Source: an uncultured Halomonas sp. | GTDB lineage: Bacteria; Pseudomonadota; Gammaproteobacteria; Pseudomonadales; Halomonadaceae | Length of the DNA stretch: 64,000 nt | NCBI RefSeq assembly: GCF_947501415.1 | Contig: NZ_CANMVL010000022.1 | Location: 2,873-66,872 of the forward strand | Direction: 5' to 3' | Shown: in pieces, positions 36,823 to 47,167 of the stretch | Numbering within the stretch: the first letter of the stretch is position 1 | How the letters are laid out: each line of letters begins with the position of its first letter | Made by a program: the position numbers and the translations under genes | The notes under the pieces: model-generated | What the model saw: the letters and a program-made list of their open reading frames with translations, nothing else | What the model was told of the DNA's origin: nothing | The model's database searches: none

Positions 36823-37886
36823 GCCAGCTTGGCGAGCGCTGGCTCAGGGCCGCCTACCGTGGAGACGCCTGGCTGGCGGCATTGAGGCCACTGGAGGTGC
36901 TGTATCGCTGGGGGGTGCGTCGGCGTGCCGCCGCCTATGCCTGCGGTCGCAAGCCGGTCTGGCGGGCACCGGTGCCGGTGGTCGTGGTGGGCAACCTGAC
37001 CCTGGGTGGTACCGGCAAGTCGCCGCTGGTGGCCTGGCTGGTGGAGCACCTGAACGGCCAGGGCTGGCGGCCGGGTATCCTGTCGCGGGGCTATGGCGGG
37101 CAAGGGGCGGTGTATCCGCAGCTGGTCGAAGCAACGACGCCCGCCGCCGTCTGCGGAGATGAGCCGCGCATGCTGGCCGACCAGACCGGGGTGCCGGTGG
37201 TCGTTGACCCCGAGCGTCCCCGCGGTGCCCGACGCCTGCTCGAGGCCGGCTGCGATATTCTGGTCAGCGATGATGGCCTGCAGCACCTGGCCCTGGGACG
37301 TGATCTGGAGCTGGTGGTGGTGGATGGGGTGCGCGGCTTCGGCAACGGTCGCTGCCTGCCGGCGGGGCCGCTGCGCGAGCCGCTGTCGCGACTGGAGAGC
37401 ATCGATGCGATGCTGGTCAATGGTGAGCCTCGGGTAGCGTTGCCCCGGGATGGCCGGCGCATGACGCTGGTGCCATCCGGCTGGCGCCGACTCGCCGATG
37501 GCAGTCGCTACCCCATCGACGAGACGCCCTTTACGGGGCCGGTCCATGCGGTGGCCGGCATCGGTCGGCCGGCGCGCTTCTTCGACACCCTGAGGGGGCT
37601 TGGCGTCGCGGTGATCCCGCACCCATTCGGCGATCATCATCGTTTCCGCGCCGATGAACTCCATTTCGAGGATGGCCGCCCGCTGGTGATGACCGCCAAG
37701 GATGCCGTCAAGTGCCGCGACCTGGCGCCCGATGAGAGCTGGGTGCTGGAAGTCGAGGCCCTGCCCGAGTCAGGCTTCGTGGACTGGTTCGACGACTGGC
37801 TGGCCGGTGCGGGAGCCATGCCGCTCCGGCAGCCGGGGAGTCATGAATTCGCGAGACGAGTCGATGTCGGCTCGCCACAACAGTGA
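36819..37886 (+). CDS. lpxK: Tetraacyldisaccharide 4'-kinase
   Basis: VVGNLTLGGTGKSP, ILSRGYGG, GDEP, SDDGLQH and GPLREP. Confidence 0.95.
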   Translation: MSQLGERWLRAAYRGDAWLAALRPLEVLYRWGVRRRAAAYACGRKPVWRAPVPVVVVGNLTLGGTGKSPLVAWLVEHLNGQGWRPGILSRGYGGQGAVYPQLVEATTPAAVCGDEPRMLADQTGVPVVVDPERPRGARRLLEAGCDILVSDDGLQHLALGRDLELVVVDGVRGFGNGRCLPAGPLREPLSRLESIDAMLVNGEPRVALPRDGRRMTLVPSGWRRLADGSRYPIDETPFTGPVHAVAGIGRPARFFDTLRGLGVAVIPHPFGDHHRFRADELHFEDGRPLVMTAKDAVKCRDLAPDESWVLEVEALPESGFVDWFDDWLAGAGAMPLRQPGSHEFARRVDVGSPQQ

Positions 37887-37894
37887 AGGGGAAG

Positions 37895-38107
37895 ATGATG
37901 GACAAGGAGCTGCTGGCTTTGCTGGTCTGCCCGATGTGCAAGGGCAAGCTCAAGTTTCGTCGCGAAGAGGACGAGCTGCACTGCCTCTATGATGGCCTGG
38001 CCTATCCGGTCCGCGACGGCATTCCGGTCATGCTGCCCGAGGAGGCGCGACAGCTCTCCGTCGACGAAAAGCTGCATGACTCTCCCGGACGCACGGGAGA
38101 GCGCTGA
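37895..38107 (+). CDS. ycaR: Trm112-like protein (YcaR)
   Basis: [14 protein letters not shown]...[13 protein letters not shown]. Confidence 0.92.
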   Translation: MMDKELLALLVCPMCKGKLKFRREEDELHCLYDGLAYPVRDGIPVMLPEEARQLSVDEKLHDSPGRTGER

Positions 38108-38955
38108 TGGCCGAGGCCAGGAGCAAGGCTGACCGAGAGTTCATTGCGGTCATCCCGGCACGCTATGCCTCATCACGATTGCCCGGCAAGCCGCTGGCCG
38201 AGATCGCGGGGGAACCGATGGTCGTGCATGTCTGGCGGCGTGCCTGTCAGAGTGGTGCCAGCCGGGTCGTGGTGGCGACCGACGATCCGCGCATCGCCCA
38301 GGCCATGGCGCCGCTGGGTGCGGAGGTGGTGATGACGCGGGCGGACCACCCCTCCGGTACCGACCGGCTTGCCGAGGTGGCCGAGCAGCTGCGGCTCGAT
38401 GGGGATGCCGTGCTGGTCAATGTTCAGGGCGATGAGCCGCTGATCCCGCCGGCATTGATCGACCAGGTCGCCGAACGGCTGTTCGACGATCCGGGTGCCT
38501 CGATCGCCACGCTGGCCGAGCCGATCACCGAGGCGACGGTCCTGTTCAATCCCAATGTGGTGAAGGTGGTGCATGGCCAGGATGGTCGCGCGCTCTACTT
38601 CTCGCGCTCCCCTATCCCCTGGGATAGAGAGTCCTGGGGCAGGGAGTTTTGGGATAGCGAATCCGGGGATCGCGAGGCCATCGCGGGGAGTCCCGAGGCG
38701 CTAGAGGGTGGCGCCTGGTTGCGCCATATTGGCCTCTATGCCTACCGGGCCGCCTTCCTCGCCGAGTATGGTGACTGGCTACCGTCGCCTCTGGAGCGTC
38801 TCGAGCAGCTGGAGCAGCTGCGAGCACTACATCATGGGCATGCCATCCAGGTGGCGCTGGCCCGTGAATCCCACCCTGCCGGTGTCGATACCGCAGAGGA
38901 TCTGGCCCGGGTACGGGCACTGCTGGAGCAGGAAAAGCCCCAAGGAGGAGTCTGA
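38107..38955 (+). CDS. kdsB: CMP-KDO synthetase
   Basis: [44 protein letters not shown] and EQLEQLRAL; carries a pentapeptide-repeat insertion. Confidence 0.96.
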   Translation: MAEARSKADREFIAVIPARYASSRLPGKPLAEIAGEPMVVHVWRRACQSGASRVVVATDDPRIAQAMAPLGAEVVMTRADHPSGTDRLAEVAEQLRLDGDAVLVNVQGDEPLIPPALIDQVAERLFDDPGASIATLAEPITEATVLFNPNVVKVVHGQDGRALYFSRSPIPWDRESWGREFWDSESGDREAIAGSPEALEGGAWLRHIGLYAYRAAFLAEYGDWLPSPLERLEQLEQLRALHHGHAIQVALARESHPAGVDTAEDLARVRALLEQEKPQGGV

Positions 38956-39431
38956 TGCGCGTCTTGTTCGTTTGTCTGGGCAATATCTGTCGTTCGCCTA
39001 CCGCCGAAGGGGTGTTTCGGCGCCAGCTCGAGGCTCGGGGCCTGGGCCAGCGTGTCGACGTCGACTCCTGTGGCATCGCCTCCTGGCACGAGGGCAAGGC
39101 GCCGGATCTCCGTTCTCAGGAAGCGGCGGCAAGACGCGGCATCGACCTCTCCTCACTGCGTGCCCGGCAGCTGAGAGGCGACGATTTCCACGCCTTCGAT
39201 TATCTGCTGGCCATGGATCATGACAACCTGCGAGCCATGCGTGAGCAGGCGCCCGAGGGGCTCGATGCTCATATGGGGCTCTTCCTCGAGTTTGCGGGTC
39301 ATCCGGATGTTGCCGTCCCGGACCCCTACTATGGCGGCGAGGATGGCTTCGAGGAGGTGCTTGATCTGGTCGAGCGCGCCGCCGATGGCTTGCTCGAAGA
39401 CATCATTGCGCGCCTGGAGTCACGCCCTTGA
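38955..39431 (+). CDS. ptpA: Low-molecular-weight protein tyrosine phosphatase
   Basis: VLFVCLGNICRSPTAE P-loop and VPDPYYG. Confidence 0.92.
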   Translation: MRVLFVCLGNICRSPTAEGVFRRQLEARGLGQRVDVDSCGIASWHEGKAPDLRSQEAAARRGIDLSSLRARQLRGDDFHAFDYLLAMDHDNLRAMREQAPEGLDAHMGLFLEFAGHPDVAVPDPYYGGEDGFEEVLDLVERAADGLLEDIIARLESRP

Positions 39432-40441
39432 TGTCGAGCATCAGGAGACAATGGGACCTGAGTCATGCCAATACGCTGGGTCTGCCCTGTATCGCCGAAC
39501 GCTTCGCGGCACCCGACAGCGTCGAGGCGCTCAGAGAGGCGCTGGCCAGGGCGCGTGAGCTGGGTTGGCCGGTGACGTTGCTGGGTGGGGGAAGCAATCT
39601 GATCCTGCCTGAGCATCTGCCGGGCCTGGTGGTGCAGCCTGCCATGGCCGACTGGTGGCAGGAGGAGGGTAGTAATGGGCGCGTGCGAATCCATGCCGAG
39701 GCCGGGGTCAACTGGCATCGGCTGGTGATGGCGCTGGCCGCTCGTGGCCTCTGGGGCATCGAGAACCTGGCGTTGATTCCCGGTCACTGTGGTGCCGCGC
39801 CGATCCAGAACATCGGCGCCTACGGGGTCGAGCTGGCCGATGTGCTCGAGGCCGTGGAAGTGCTTCATCTGGCGGATGGCAGCCTGACCTGGCTTTCCCC
39901 CGAGGCGTGCGAGTTTGGCTACCGCGAGAGCATCTTCAAGGGGGCGCTGGCAGGGCGAGTGGTGATCACGCGCCTGGTGCTGGGCCTGTCGCGTCAGGCA
40001 GGGCCTCGCCTGGGCTATGGTGACCTGTCGAGCCGTGTCGGGGTATCGCCCTCGCCCCAGGAGGTGGCCGAGGCGGTGTGTGCCATTCGCCGTGAAAAAC
40101 TGCCCGACCCCGCAGAGCTTTGCAATGCCGGCAGCTTCTTCAAGAATCCACAGGTAGCGGCCGAGAAAGCCGAGCGCCTGCTGGGCGAATACCCCGAGAT
40201 GCCACACTTTCCTCAGTCGGATGGCCGGGTCAAGCTGGCCGCCGGCTGGTTGATCGACCGCTGTGGTCTCAAGGGGTGGCGCGATGGCCATTTCGGCGTT
40301 CACCAGCGCCAGGCGCTGGTACTCGTCCACTTCGGTGGTGGCAGCGCTCGAGAGCTGCTCGACTTCGCGGCCCGGGTGGCGGGTAGCGTTCGCGAGCGGT
40401 TCGGTGTCGAGCTCCAGCGTGAGCCGCGACTGGCTGGCTGA
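39431..40441 (+). CDS. murB: UDP-N-acetylenolpyruvoylglucosamine reductase
   Basis: LGGGSNL, GIENLALIPG, APIQNIGAYG, FGYRESIFK and NAGSFFKNP. Confidence 0.96.
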   Translation: MSSIRRQWDLSHANTLGLPCIAERFAAPDSVEALREALARARELGWPVTLLGGGSNLILPEHLPGLVVQPAMADWWQEEGSNGRVRIHAEAGVNWHRLVMALAARGLWGIENLALIPGHCGAAPIQNIGAYGVELADVLEAVEVLHLADGSLTWLSPEACEFGYRESIFKGALAGRVVITRLVLGLSRQAGPRLGYGDLSSRVGVSPSPQEVAEAVCAIRREKLPDPAELCNAGSFFKNPQVAAEKAERLLGEYPEMPHFPQSDGRVKLAAGWLIDRCGLKGWRDGHFGVHQRQALVLVHFGGGSARELLDFAARVAGSVRERFGVELQREPRLAG

Positions 40442-40466
40442 GCCTCAGTTTCAAGCCGAATAAACG

Positions 40467-40498
40467 ACAGCGCCCGCAGCCAAGGCTGCGGGCGCTGT
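40467..40498. terminator. Hairpin between convergent murB and rne
   Basis: ACAGCGCCCGCAGCC-AA-GGCTGCGGGCGCTGT. Confidence 0.75.
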
Positions 40499-40520
40499 TC
40501 GTCAGGCCTGAGAGTAGGCG

Positions 40521-43500
40521 TTAACCCTGCTTGCCCTCCTGTGCCTTGGCCTCCTGCTCGCGACGCCGGATCTCGCGCGGGTCATTGTGGGCACGGCGAC
40601 GACGGCGGCTGGCACAATCTGCTGCTGCGCTCTCCTTGGCCTCGGCCTTGACGGGCTCCTTCTCAGCCGACTCATCGCTGGCCTTGGCGGCCGGCCGCTT
40701 GGCTACTACCGGCTCGGCTTCTGCCGGCTTGGTGTCGGCCTTGGCGTTCGGCTTCTCGGCGGACTGGCTCCTGGCCGGCTGGCTGTCGCCCGTTGCCTCG
40801 GCGGCCGGTTGCTTGGCGGCTACCGGCTCGGCCTCTGCCGGCTTGGTATCGGCCTTGGCGTTCGGCTTCTCGGCAGGCTGGCTCCTGGCCGACTGGCTGT
40901 CGCCCGCTGCCTCGGCGGCCGGTTGCTTGGCCGCTACTGGCTCGGCTTCTGCCGGCTTGGTATCGGCCTTGGCGTTCGGCTTCTCGGCGGACTGGCTCTT
41001 GGCCGACTGGCTCCTGGCGGGTTGGCGGTCGCCCGCTGCCTCGGTGGCCGGCTGCTTGGCTTCTGCCGGCTTGGTGCCGGCCTTGGCGTTCGGCGTCTCG
41101 GCAGGCTGACTCCTGGCCGACTGGCTGTCGCCCACTGCCTCGGCGGCCGGCTGCTTGGCCGCTACCGGCTCGGCCTCTGCCGGCTTGGTGTCGACCTTGG
41201 CATTCGGCTTCTCGGCAGGCTGGCTCTTGGCCGACTGGCTGTCGCCCGCTGCCTCGGCGGCCGGCTGCTTGGCGGCTACCGGTTCGGCCTCTGCCGGCTT
41301 GGTGTCGGCCTTGGCATTCGGCGTCTCGGCAGGCTGACTCTTGGCCGACTGGCTGTCGCCCGCTGCCTCGGCGGCCGGCTGCTTGGCGGCTACCGGCTCG
41401 GCCTCTGCCGGCTTGGTGTCGGCCTTGTCGCTAGCCTTGCCCTGGGCGGTCGGCTGGGCCTCGGCTTCGGTAGTGGTCGGGTTGGCTTCCTCGGCCTTGG
41501 CGGCCTCGGCCTGCAGGCGCTGCTGCTCTTCTAGCGCCTTGGGGCTGATGGCGTGCTGACGGCTACGCTTGCGCGGATTGTTGCGGGTGCGCTTGGGCTT
41601 GCCATCATCCACCGGTGCCTGCGCGCCAGTCTTGGCCGGCTGCTGCTTTTCGGCTGACTTCTGAGGCTCGCCTTGCTTCTGAGACTCGCCTTGTTTCTGA
41701 GCCTCGCCTTGCTTACGGGGCTCGGCCGGCTTCTGGGTCGCACGCGGGTCGCGCTTATCACCGCTGCTCTGGCGGCGGTTGTCATCGCGCCCCTTGCCGC
41801 CATCCTGCTGGCGACCCTTGGTGGTCTCCTGCTGACGGCGATCCTCCTGACGACTGCTCTCCTGACGGTTACGTCCGCGGTTCCCGCGATTGTTGCGGTT
41901 GTCGGCGTTGTCGCTGTCGCTCGCCTTGCGGTCGTTCCGGTCGCTCTCCTGACGTGATGCATCACGCCGCTCGTCGTTGCGCTGGCGACGCTGCCGACTA
42001 TTGCGTCCACCGCGCTCCTCTTCGCGACTGGCAGTCTTGCGCTCGCCCTTGTCACTGCCCGAGGGTGTGGCGCCGCTGCTCGACTTGCTGCTGGAGGCAT
42101 CGCTCGATGGGACCTCGTCGCCCCCCAGCAGCTTGCTCAAGCCCTTGACCAGGCGGCCGAACACGCCACTCTGGGACTCCACGCTTACCGGTGGGGTGCT
42201 GCGAGCGGGAGCGCTGGCCTTGCGGGAGACAGGGGCCTCCTTCTGTGCCGCCGCGGGCTCCTGCTGCAGTGAGGCGGGTGCCGGTTCGTGGTGAATCACG
42301 GTCTTGACGGCAGCTTCGGCACGCTGTGCCGGCTTGCCGAAGGAGGCCTCGGGCTCCTTGCCGACATCGGTCTCCAGGGAGAGCTCGAAACTGGACTTCT
42401 TGCTGCCGTCCTCCTCGACATGGTCGTCGCGCAGGCGCTGGACGTCGTAGTGTGGCGTGTCCATATCGGGGCTGGGCAGCAGGACGACACGCACATCCTG
42501 GCGGCGTTCGATGTCGGCCAGCACCCTGCGCTTCTCGTTGAGCAGGTAGGTGGCCACCGGTACCGGCAGGATGGCGCGGATCTGGGCGCTACGCTCCTTC
42601 ATCGCCTCCTCTTCGATGAGGCGCATGATGGAGAGCGAGATGGAGCGCACGTCACGAATCGTTCCCTGGCCCTTGCAGCGCGGACAGACCACGCCGCTGG
42701 TTTCCCCCAGCGAGGGACGCAGACGCTGACGCGACATCTCCATCAGGCCGAAGCGCGAGATTCGACCGATCTGTACACGGGCGCGATCGAGCTTTAGGGC
42801 ATCGCGCATGCGATTCTCGACTTCGCGCTGGTTGCGCGCAGGGCTCATGTCGATGAAGTCGATCACCACCAGACCACCGATATCACGCAGGCGAAGCTGG
42901 CGAGCAGTCTCGTCGGCCGCCTCCAGGTTGGTCTGCAGAGCGGTCTCCTCGATATCGCTGCCGCGAGTCGCACGCGCGGAGTTGATGTCGATGGAGACCA
43001 GTGCCTCGGTATGGTCGATGACGATGGAACCACCGGAGGGTAGCTTGACCTCGCGCTCGTAGGCGGTCTCGATCTGTGACTCGATCTGGAAGCGCGAGAA
43101 CAGCGGCACCTCGTCGACGTAGAGCTTGATCTTCTGCTGGTAGGAGGGCATCACCTGACGAATGAAGGCGAGGGCTTCCTCGTGCACCGCGGGGCTGTCG
43201 ATCAGCACCTCGCCGATATCCTGGCGCAGGTAGTCGCGCATGGCGCGGATGATGACATTGGATTCACGGTAGATCAGGAAGGGAGCGGAGCGCTTGCTGG
43301 CCTCGGTGGTGATCGATTCCCACACCTGTACCAGATAGTCCAGGTCCCACTGAAGCTCCTCGGGGCTGCGGCCGATACCGGCGGTGCGCACGATCAGGCC
43401 CATGCGGTCCGGCACGCTGAGCTGATTCATGGCCTCCTTGAGCTGGCTGCGCTCCTCGCCCTCGATACGGCGCGAGATTCCGCCGGCCTTGGGGTTGTTG

Positions 43501-43886
43501 GGCATCAGCACCAGGAAGCGTCCGGCCAGGGAGATAAAGGTGGTCAGGGCCGCGCCCTTGTTGCCACGCTCCTCCTTGTCGACCTGGACGATCACTTCCT
43601 GGCCTTCCTTCAGCACCTCCTTGATGCTGGGACGCCCGTCCGGGTCCTTGACGAAGTAGTCGCGGGAGACCTCCTTGAGGGGCAGGAAGCCGTGGCGGTC
43701 GGCGCCAAAGTCGACGAAGGCGGCTTCGAGGGAGGGTTCTATGCGGGTGATCTTGCCGCGATAGATGTTGGCTTTCTTCTGTTCTCGGGCGCCGGATTCG
43801 ATATCCAGGTCGTAGAGGCGTTGTCCATCGACCAGCGCGACGCGCAGCTCTTCGGGCTGGGTCGCATTGATGAGCATCCGTTTCAT
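40521..43886 (-). CDS. rne: Ribonuclease E
   Basis: [31 protein letters not shown]-terminus, [15 protein letters not shown] and CPRCKGQG zinc link, then a long low-complexity C-terminal half. Start moved to 43886. Confidence 0.98.
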   Translation of the reverse strand: MKRMLINATQPEELRVALVDGQRLYDLDIESGAREQKKANIYRGKITRIEPSLEAAFVDFGADRHGFLPLKEVSRDYFVKDPDGRPSIKEVLKEGQEVIVQVDKEERGNKGAALTTFISLAGRFLVLMPNNPKAGGISRRIEGEERSQLKEAMNQLSVPDRMGLIVRTAGIGRSPEELQWDLDYLVQVWESITTEASKRSAPFLIYRESNVIIRAMRDYLRQDIGEVLIDSPAVHEEALAFIRQVMPSYQQKIKLYVDEVPLFSRFQIESQIETAYEREVKLPSGGSIVIDHTEALVSIDINSARATRGSDIEETALQTNLEAADETARQLRLRDIGGLVVIDFIDMSPARNQREVENRMRDALKLDRARVQIGRISRFGLMEMSRQRLRPSLGETSGVVCPRCKGQGTIRDVRSISLSIMRLIEEEAMKERSAQIRAILPVPVATYLLNEKRRVLADIERRQDVRVVLLPSPDMDTPHYDVQRLRDDHVEEDGSKKSSFELSLETDVGKEPEASFGKPAQRAEAAVKTVIHHEPAPASLQQEPAAAQKEAPVSRKASAPARSTPPVSVESQSGVFGRLVKGLSKLLGGDEVPSSDASSSKSSSGATPSGSDKGERKTASREEERGGRNSRQRRQRNDERRDASRQESDRNDRKASDSDNADNRNNRGNRGRNRQESSRQEDRRQQETTKGRQQDGGKGRDDNRRQSSGDKRDPRATQKPAEPRKQGEAQKQGESQKQGEPQKSAEKQQPAKTGAQAPVDDGKPKRTRNNPRKRSRQHAISPKALEEQQRLQAEAAKAEEANPTTTEAEAQPTAQGKASDKADTKPAEAEPVAAKQPAAEAAGDSQSAKSQPAETPNAKADTKPAEAEPVAAKQPAAEAAGDSQSAKSQPAEKPNAKVDTKPAEAEPVAAKQPAAEAVGDSQSARSQPAETPNAKAGTKPAEAKQPATEAAGDRQPARSQSAKSQSAEKPNAKADTKPAEAEPVAAKQPAAEAAGDSQSARSQPAEKPNAKADTKPAEAEPVAAKQPAAEATGDSQPARSQSAEKPNAKADTKPAEAEPVVAKRPAAKASDESAEKEPVKAEAKESAAADCASRRRRRAHNDPREIRRREQEAKAQEGKQG
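40680..41426 (-). repeat. 114-bp (38-aa) coding tandem array in the RNase E C-terminal region, 6 units plus a partial seventh
   Basis: [38 protein letters not shown]-type units; DNA period checked at 114 bp (40741 versus 40855). Confidence 0.95.
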
Positions 43887-44230
43887 GTTGACTCGCACTG
43901 ATAAAGTGCCGGCGAGCGCGACGTGGCGAACCGCTGTGTGCTGCGTGCCTGTGCTCAGCGCATGTCGCGGATGCGCAGCTGCGTCCGACCGCGTCGCTCC
44001 CGATGGGGCAGCGCCGCGGCATGAGCCTGTTGAGTACGGGGCGGGGGCAGAACGTGTCTCGGTGGGTGTCACCCATCCGGCCCTGCGGTCACCGCCAACA
44101 CCTGGCATTCATCGATTCGCCAACGCCGGCCTCCGGCACGCTGTTGAACGTGTCCCGTGGCCTGCCGCCGCTCCGTGACTGAGGACGCGGTGGGGGATAC
44201 GGGCGTGGCGCGGTTATCGCGATATCACTT
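43887..44230 (-). promoter_or_regulatory. Long rne 5' leader (putative autoregulatory structured UTR)
   Basis: The rne-rluC intergenic region is about 570 bp, with a TTGCAA promoter-like element near 44244-44249 on the minus strand. Long structured rne leaders are established in E. coli and Pseudomonas. Boundaries are approximate. Confidence 0.45.
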
Positions 44231-44455
44231 GTCTATTGCATTCTTGCAACCGGCGGCGAGACGCACTGGCGTCATCGCGGCCTGATGTCTCGCTCCGGCC
44301 TGCGTGTCTGTCGGGCAGGCGCTGTGGGGCACGATTTTGCCCATTGGAGCGATTTCGCAATATAACAGCAAGCGCTATAAGCAGCAATTGGCGCGGCGGG
44401 GCGAACACTGCGTTAGAATGCGCCTTTCGCAGGTTCAGAGCAGTGGAGTCTCGGC

Positions 44456-45403
44456 ATGGCCGAAGGGCGCGACGTACAGTGGGTTGAGGTAACGGAAGGG
44501 CAGGACGGCCAGCGGGTCGATAACTTCCTGATGACGCGTATCAAGGGAGCGCCTCGGGCGTTGATCTATCGCATCGTGCGCAAGGGTGAGGTGCGCGTGA
44601 ACAAGAAGCGCGTCAAGCCCGACACCCGGCTGGCGACGGGGGATCTGGTGCGGATCCCGCCATTGAAGCTGACACCCCGGGAGGCGGTGCGTGAGGTGAG
44701 TGACAACCTTCGCAACCTGCTGGCCGGCAGCGTGCTGGTAGAGGGGCGCGACTGGTTGGTGATCAACAAGCCATCGGGACTGGCCGTTCACGGTGGCAGC
44801 GGCGTCAAGATCGGGTTGATCGAGGCGTTGCGTCAGGTGCGTGAGGATCTCGACTTCCTGGAGCTGGTGCATCGGTTGGATCGCGACACCTCGGGCTGTT
44901 TGCTGCTGGCCAAGTCGCGTCCGGCCTTGCTGGCGCTCAATGCGTCGTTGAAGCAGCAGCAGATGGACAAGCGTTACCTGGCGCTGGTGGCAGGGCGCTG
45001 GCCCGTGCGCCGCGACTTTGTGGCGGCTCGCCTGGATCGCTACACCCTGGGCAACGGTGAGCGTCGGGTGCGTGTCGATGCCGAGGGCAAGGTGGCTCGC
45101 ACGCGTTTCGCGGTGCGTGAGGCGCTGCCGAAGGTAACATTGCTGGAGGCCGAGCCGGTTACCGGTCGCACCCACCAGATCCGTGTGCACGCGGCCCACG
45201 CTGGGCACCCGTTACTGGGCGACGACAAGTATGGCTCCCGCGAGAGCCAGCAGCTCGCCGCTCGGCTGGGCCTCTCGCGGCTCTTTCTGCACGCCGAGTC
45301 GCTGGCCTTTCCCGAGCCGACCAGCGGTCGCGAGGTACGGATTCGCGCGCCGCTTCCCGATGATCTTGAGGCGGTGCTGAGTCGCGCACGCCAGGGCAAT
45401 TGA
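44456..45403 (+). CDS. rluC: 23S rRNA pseudouridine 955/2504/2580 synthase
   Basis: S4 domain GQRVDNFL...IYRIVRKGEVRVNKKR, NKPSGLAVHGG, HRLDRDTSGCLL and TGRTHQIRVH. Confidence 0.96.
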   Translation: MAEGRDVQWVEVTEGQDGQRVDNFLMTRIKGAPRALIYRIVRKGEVRVNKKRVKPDTRLATGDLVRIPPLKLTPREAVREVSDNLRNLLAGSVLVEGRDWLVINKPSGLAVHGGSGVKIGLIEALRQVREDLDFLELVHRLDRDTSGCLLLAKSRPALLALNASLKQQQMDKRYLALVAGRWPVRRDFVAARLDRYTLGNGERRVRVDAEGKVARTRFAVREALPKVTLLEAEPVTGRTHQIRVHAAHAGHPLLGDDKYGSRESQQLAARLGLSRLFLHAESLAFPEPTSGREVRIRAPLPDDLEAVLSRARQGN

Positions 45404-45412
45404 GGAGAGGAC

Positions 45413-46066
45413 ATGCGCTATCGACTGGTGATCTTCGACTGGGATGGAACCCTGATGGACTCCGTGGCGCGAATCGTCGCCTGCATGCAGGCGGCGTCCC
45501 ATGACGCAGGGTGGGGGCATCTGGAAGAGGAGGCTATACGCAATATCATCGGCCTGGGGCTTCCTGAAGCCATCGCCACCCTGTGTCCGGGGATCGATCC
45601 CGAGCGGGCCGAGCTGCTGCGCAGTCGTTATGCCTGGCACTTTGTCGAAGGCAATGACACGCCCATGCGCTTCTTTCCCGATGTAAGAAGTGGGTTGTCC
45701 GAGCTGCATGTCAGGCCTGGGCAGCGCCTGGCGGTGGCCACTGGAAAGAGTCGGCGTGGGCTCGACCGTGTGTTCCATGAGAGCAACAGCGGGCACTGGT
45801 TTCATGCCAGCCGCACGGCCGACGAGACCCGCTCCAAGCCCCATCCGCTGATGCTCGAGCAACTGCTGGCGGAGCTCGCCGTGCCGGTAACCGAGGCCGT
45901 GATGGTGGGGGATACCGAGTATGATCTCGAAATGGCGCGGGCCATCGGCATGGATCGCGTGGCGGTGACCTGGGGGGTGCATGCGCCCGCCAGGCTGGCG
46001 TCGAGCCGGCCCGCCTTTACCGCGCAGACGGTGCCCCAGCTGTTCGACTGGTTACAGGGAGGGTAG
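45413..46066 (+). CDS. HAD-superfamily hydrolase (phosphoglycolate phosphatase-like)
   Basis: IFDWDGTLMDS, ATGKSRRGL, SKPHP and MVGDTEYD. Confidence 0.9.
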   Translation: MRYRLVIFDWDGTLMDSVARIVACMQAASHDAGWGHLEEEAIRNIIGLGLPEAIATLCPGIDPERAELLRSRYAWHFVEGNDTPMRFFPDVRSGLSELHVRPGQRLAVATGKSRRGLDRVFHESNSGHWFHASRTADETRSKPHPLMLEQLLAELAVPVTEAVMVGDTEYDLEMARAIGMDRVAVTWGVHAPARLASSRPAFTAQTVPQLFDWLQGG

Positions 46067-46069
46067 GCA

Positions 46070-47167
46070 ATGACCGATAAGCGCAATGAGCACGGTGCAG
46101 ATCTGGACCCCTGGACCCAGGGTCCGGAGCTAAGTCGCGACGAGGCGAAGGCGCCGCGTCAGCAGAGCGATCCGGGCGCGCTGTCGCCTGGAGAGGATGC
46201 CGAGACCCTGCGTGAGCGCCAGCGACTCGAACAGATGGCGATGATGGGGCGCTGGATAGATGGCGTGCTGGTGGAGCAGCGTCGTTCACGGCGCTGGAAG
46301 CTGTTCTTCCGTTTCCTGTTCGCGGCGCTGGTCGCCGCCTCGCTGTCGGTGACCCTCTATGGTCTGCTGTCTGGCCCTGCCGCGGTCGGTGGGGCGGATG
46401 CTCCGCACCTCGGGGTGGTCAAGGTAGAGGGCGTGATCGAGGCCGAGGGTAACGCCAGTGCGGAGCGCATCAATGCCGGGCTAAGGCGAGCCTGGGAGTC
46501 GGAAGCGAGCGAGGCGGTGGTGCTGCATATCAACAGTCCCGGTGGCAGTCCGGTGCAGTCCCAGCGCATCTTCGACGAGGTCATGCGACTGCGCAGCGAA
46601 GGCGACAAGCCGATTATCGCAGTGATCGAGGATATCGGTGCCAGTGGTGCCTACTATATCGCCGCGGGTGCCGATGAGATCATCGCCGCACCGGCGAGCC
46701 TGGTGGGCTCCATCGGGGTCATCTACTCCAGCTTCGGCTTTCAGGAGGCCATCGATCAGCTGGGCGTCGAGCGGCGCGTCTATACCGCCGGCGACAACAA
46801 GGCGTTCCTCGACCCCTTTTCCGAGGTGGCCCCGCAGCAACGCGAGTTCTGGCAGTCGGTACTGGACAGCACCCACGAGCAGTTTATCGCGGCGGTGCGC
46901 AAGGGGCGTGGCGAGCGCCTCGGCGATGACGATGCCCTGTTCAGCGGGCTTGTCTGGAGCGGTGAGCAGGCGCTGGAGCTGGGGCTGGTGGACTCCCTGG
47001 GGAGCCTCGACACCTTGGCGCGGGAGCGGCTTTCTGAGCGTAGGCTGCATGATTACACGCCGCGACTGGACCCCTTCGAGCGGCTATCTCGTCAGTTCGG
47101 TCGTGTGGCCATGGAGTGGCTGGGGCTGCCCCGGGCCGACTCTCCGGTGCGCTATCAGCTTCGCTAG
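46070..47167 (+). CDS. sppA: S49-family peptidase (SppA-like)
   Basis: INSPGGSP, GASGAYYIA, SLVGSIGV and FSGLVWSGEQALELGLVD. Confidence 0.9.
   Translation: MTDKRNEHGADLDPWTQGPELSRDEAKAPRQQSDPGALSPGEDAETLRERQRLEQMAMMGRWIDGVLVEQRRSRRWKLFFRFLFAALVAASLSVTLYGLLSGPAAVGGADAPHLGVVKVEGVIEAEGNASAERINAGLRRAWESEASEAVVLHINSPGGSPVQSQRIFDEVMRLRSEGDKPIIAVIEDIGASGAYYIAAGADEIIAAPASLVGSIGVIYSSFGFQEAIDQLGVERRVYTAGDNKAFLDPFSEVAPQQREFWQSVLDSTHEQFIAAVRKGRGERLGDDDALFSGLVWSGEQALELGLVDSLGSLDTLARERLSERRLHDYTPRLDPFERLSRQFGRVAMEWLGLPRADSPVRYQLR

Noticed and set aside
40680-41426. Regular repeat array as a possible CRISPR
   Set aside because: The units are 114-bp contiguous coding repeats inside the rne frame, with no unique spacers, no leader and no cas genes.
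43887-44108. 74-aa N-terminal extension of RNase E, and similar upstream extensions of phnD, glpD, glpR, metN, ribC, uraA, comEC and the helicase in the ORF track
   Set aside because: Canonical family N-termini and SD sites point to the later starts; the extensions are open frame through leaders.
44215-44224. Perfect 10-bp palindrome TATCGCGATA near the rne promoter
   Set aside because: It is short enough to occur by chance in 64 kb, and I found no second copy or recognisable regulator consensus.
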